Origin: a bacterium
GTDB lineage: Bacteria > Auribacterota > UBA3054
Direction: 5' to 3'
Assembly: GCA_017557885.1 (NCBI GenBank)
Contig: JAFYXV010000009.1
Coordinates: 27,049 to 91,048, forward strand
DNA: 64,000 nt
Positions 62,264-64,000 of this stretch are shown here, in pieces. The number at the start of each line of letters is the position of its first letter. Position 1 is the stretch's first letter. The position numbers and the translations under genes were made by a program. The notes beneath the pieces were generated by a model. That model was given only the letters and a program-made list of their open reading frames with translations, ran no database searches and was not told the origin of the DNA.

Positions 62264-62865
62264 TTGATGTTGACAGGAACAAAATCGCCGGCCACCAGGT
62301 CGGCGGGAATGTCGCCGATCTTCACGGTGTAGAAGCCGGTGCCGACCGCGAAGCGCGGCAGCCTGAGGACGGAAACGATGTCGGCGTGACGGTCGGTGGC
62401 CGTGCAGTAGTTCTCGTCAGGGTACGAAGGTCGGCGGGTTATGGGGCCAAGTTCGGAAAGAGGCGCGTCCTTGAAGGCCTTGGCCATTTTCTCAGGATTG
62501 GCGCCCGTGGGGGGCGTGTTCTCCTCCAGCTTCGGATCGAGATAACCGGGCTGGGAGTTGTAGGCGTCGATCAGTTCGCCGGCTTTGTAAAGCCAGGTCA
62601 GAAGCGTTTCGTCGTTGTAATTGATGACGGCGAAGGCCACGCAGTGCAAAGCTTTCGAGAGACGCTGGGCCAGGGCTGAAACGACCTTGGCGTCCAGCTG
62701 GTCAAGTTCCTCGTCGTAGATGACCGCGTCCCTTTCCATCATTTCGGAAGTTCCGTCCGAGACCACGTAGGCGTGGCGTCCCAAGTCGGCCAAAAGTTTC
62801 AGGACCTGCTTCTGCTCAACTTTCAGAAGCGTGATGTTCGCGTAGTTTTTAGTGATGATCTTCAT
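62260..62865 (-). CDS. cytoplasmic hypothetical protein (201 aa)
   Basis: The reading frame is clean, it overlaps the downstream gene by ATGA, and it has no signal peptide. No family was recognised. Confidence 0.4.
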   Translation of the reverse strand: MKIITKNYANITLLKVEQKQVLKLLADLGRHAYVVSDGTSEMMERDAVIYDEELDQLDAKVVSALAQRLSKALHCVAFAVINYNDETLLTWLYKAGELIDAYNSQPGYLDPKLEENTPPTGANPEKMAKAFKDAPLSELGPITRRPSYPDENYCTATDRHADIVSVLRLPRFAVGTGFYTVKIGDIPADLVAGDFVPVNIK

Positions 62866-62884
62866 ATTTTTTATTTTGTGTTGA

Positions 62885-64000
62885 TTATTTGCCGATGACT
62901 GTGAAATGGCCCATGAAAAGAATGCTTCCGGTGGTCTTTTCCTGGATAAGATAAACGAAGGGCTTGTTGAAGCGCACTTCCTTGGGGCGCTTCATATTGA
63001 TGCCGGTGCACTTGACCATGATGGCGGTGGCCGCCGCCGCTTCGGTGCCCGTCTCGTAAACTTTTATTTTGGCTTTGTGGATGATGTCGCTGACGCAAAG
63101 GCCTTCTTTGTCCGATATTTTGCTGAAATCAGCGCTGTCGGTGAAAGGCAGCTTGAGCCCCAGCTTTTGAAATTCCGGAACAAGTTGGAAAGAAGATTCC
63201 GTCTCAAACTTCGGGAAGTACAGGACGATGTTCTCCCTCTTGAGCTCGGAGCATATGCTTTTGACAAGATCCTGGTTCAGCGTCTTCTCCCAGGCGGCGA
63301 ATTTGGTGTTGTCGGAAGGCATCAGGGCCACGAGGGAAAATTTGTCGCCCAGATAAGGAAGCTCCACCGCCACTACGCCGTCTTTTTCCGCCGTGATGAC
63401 GTTGGCTTCCAGCCTCATCATTTCGGCCTTGCCGGTCCGGCCCAGATGATCCTGGCAGGTCTGTTTCCTGGTGCCGTCCTCCTCGAATTCCGTCTCCCAT
63501 TTTCCCAGGAAGCTCACGGCGTTAACAAGTACCAGCCTTGTCATGGCGTTCAAAGCGTCCGGGCTGATAAGGTCGGTTATCATTCCCCTGGTGTTGTCGG
63601 AGACCCATTTGTTGATGGTGGAAGCCGCCTCCTTGCCGCGGGAGAAATCCAGCACGCTGGCCTCGCCGGAGAAGCAGCGCTTCAGCGTGTTCCTATAATT
63701 TTCAAGAAGCTCGAAATTTTTGTTCAGCCAAAGGGAATTGGCCGAGGTCATTTTGAAGAATTCGTTTTGGGAGGCGATCCTGGAGGAAAGCCCCTGGAAC
63801 TCCAAGCCCAAAAGCCCGCCCTTGTCGGGATAGCACATGGTCTCTTTCAGCTCGCTTAAAGTGCCGCCGTCGGCTCCCAAGGTCAGCATGCCCATGGCGG
63901 TGGAGATGCTGAAGGGCGAGAAGAAGACCGGCTTCCCCGGATCGCAGATCCGGGCGAACATTTCCCAGGCGAAAGCGTTGTTGCCCTTGGCGAGAGCCAG
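62885..64000 (-). CDS. serpin (serine protease inhibitor), 5' end outside the window
   Basis: It has FSPFSISTAMGMLTLGA, NAVSFLGKWETEF, the hinge/RCL YETGTEAAAATAIMVKCTG and FNKPFVYLI. The frame stays open upstream of the track ATG to 64000 (LALAKGNNAFAWEMFARI). Confidence 0.9.
   Translation of the reverse strand: MALAKGNNAFAWEMFARICDPGKPVFFSPFSISTAMGMLTLGADGGTLSELKETMCYPDKGGLLGLEFQGLSSRIASQNEFFKMTSANSLWLNKNFELLENYRNTLKRCFSGEASVLDFSRGKEAASTINKWVSDNTRGMITDLISPDALNAMTRLVLVNAVSFLGKWETEFEEDGTRKQTCQDHLGRTGKAEMMRLEANVITAEKDGVVAVELPYLGDKFSLVALMPSDNTKFAAWEKTLNQDLVKSICSELKRENIVLYFPKFETESSFQLVPEFQKLGLKLPFTDSADFSKISDKEGLCVSDIIHKAKIKVYETGTEAAAATAIMVKCTGINMKRPKEVRFNKPFVYLIQEKTTGSILFMGHFTVIGK

Overview
This is a 64-kb window from a high-GC Gram-negative genome. 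Hand counts of single 60-nt lines give about 55% GC in housekeeping genes. The organism is plausibly a PVC-group bacterium (Lentisphaerota, Verrucomicrobiota or Kiritimatiellota). That taxon call is inference only, based on a PEP-CTERM tail, an Asp-type MurA and many secreted glycosidases. Coding density is very high. I call about 55 protein genes in tightly packed, often translationally coupled operons, plus tRNA-Lys(TTT) and tRNA-Glu(TTC). There are no rRNA genes, CRISPR arrays, integrases or transposases. Confidently recognised housekeeping genes are metG, yggS-murA-(beta-CASP RNase)-mrp, ftsK-rodZ-like-rimO-pgsA-pgpA, purS-purQ-purL, and a long plus-strand run: HU/IHF-argC-gltX-der-plsY-like-ybeY-corC-like-HAD-nrdR-(NrdD-like)-ispD-GT2. 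The accessory content is where the interest lies. (1) A low-GC operon at 7384-17843 encodes only signal-peptide proteins: a fibre-like protein, a class-2-lipase-like hydrolase, two paralogous thrombospondin-type-3 Ca-repeat proteins and a clan GH-D glycosidase. It is driven by a perfect TTGACA-N17-TATAAT promoter and has no mobility genes at its borders. (2) A native-GC operon at 18715-25728 encodes two paralogous HExxHxxGxxH metalloproteases, one with three lectin-like modules and a PEP-CTERM tail, plus an NPCBM-like lipoprotein. It is followed by a separately transcribed Cys-rich (CQPC repeat) secreted protein whose C-terminal half resembles the exosortase-associated TIGR04073 family. (3) A minus-strand envelope-modification cluster at 58400-64000 encodes a serpin, two unknowns, an MBOAT, a DltD-like protein and a flippase-like protein. 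Regulatory signals recur. An extended -10 element (T-rich, then TGnTAnnAT) sits in front of ten operon-first genes. In four cases it lies only 6-8 nt from the ATG, which predicts leaderless mRNAs. Five more promoters are canonical -35/N17/-10. Several housekeeping proteins have altered catalytic or ligand residues: MurA Cys->Asp, YbeY third His->Asp, a PlsY-like protein without the GSGN.GATN block, a NikR-like protein without Ni ligands, and an NrdD-like protein without a glycyl-radical tail. All family assignments come from motif recognition by eye and from memory. No searches or computations were run.
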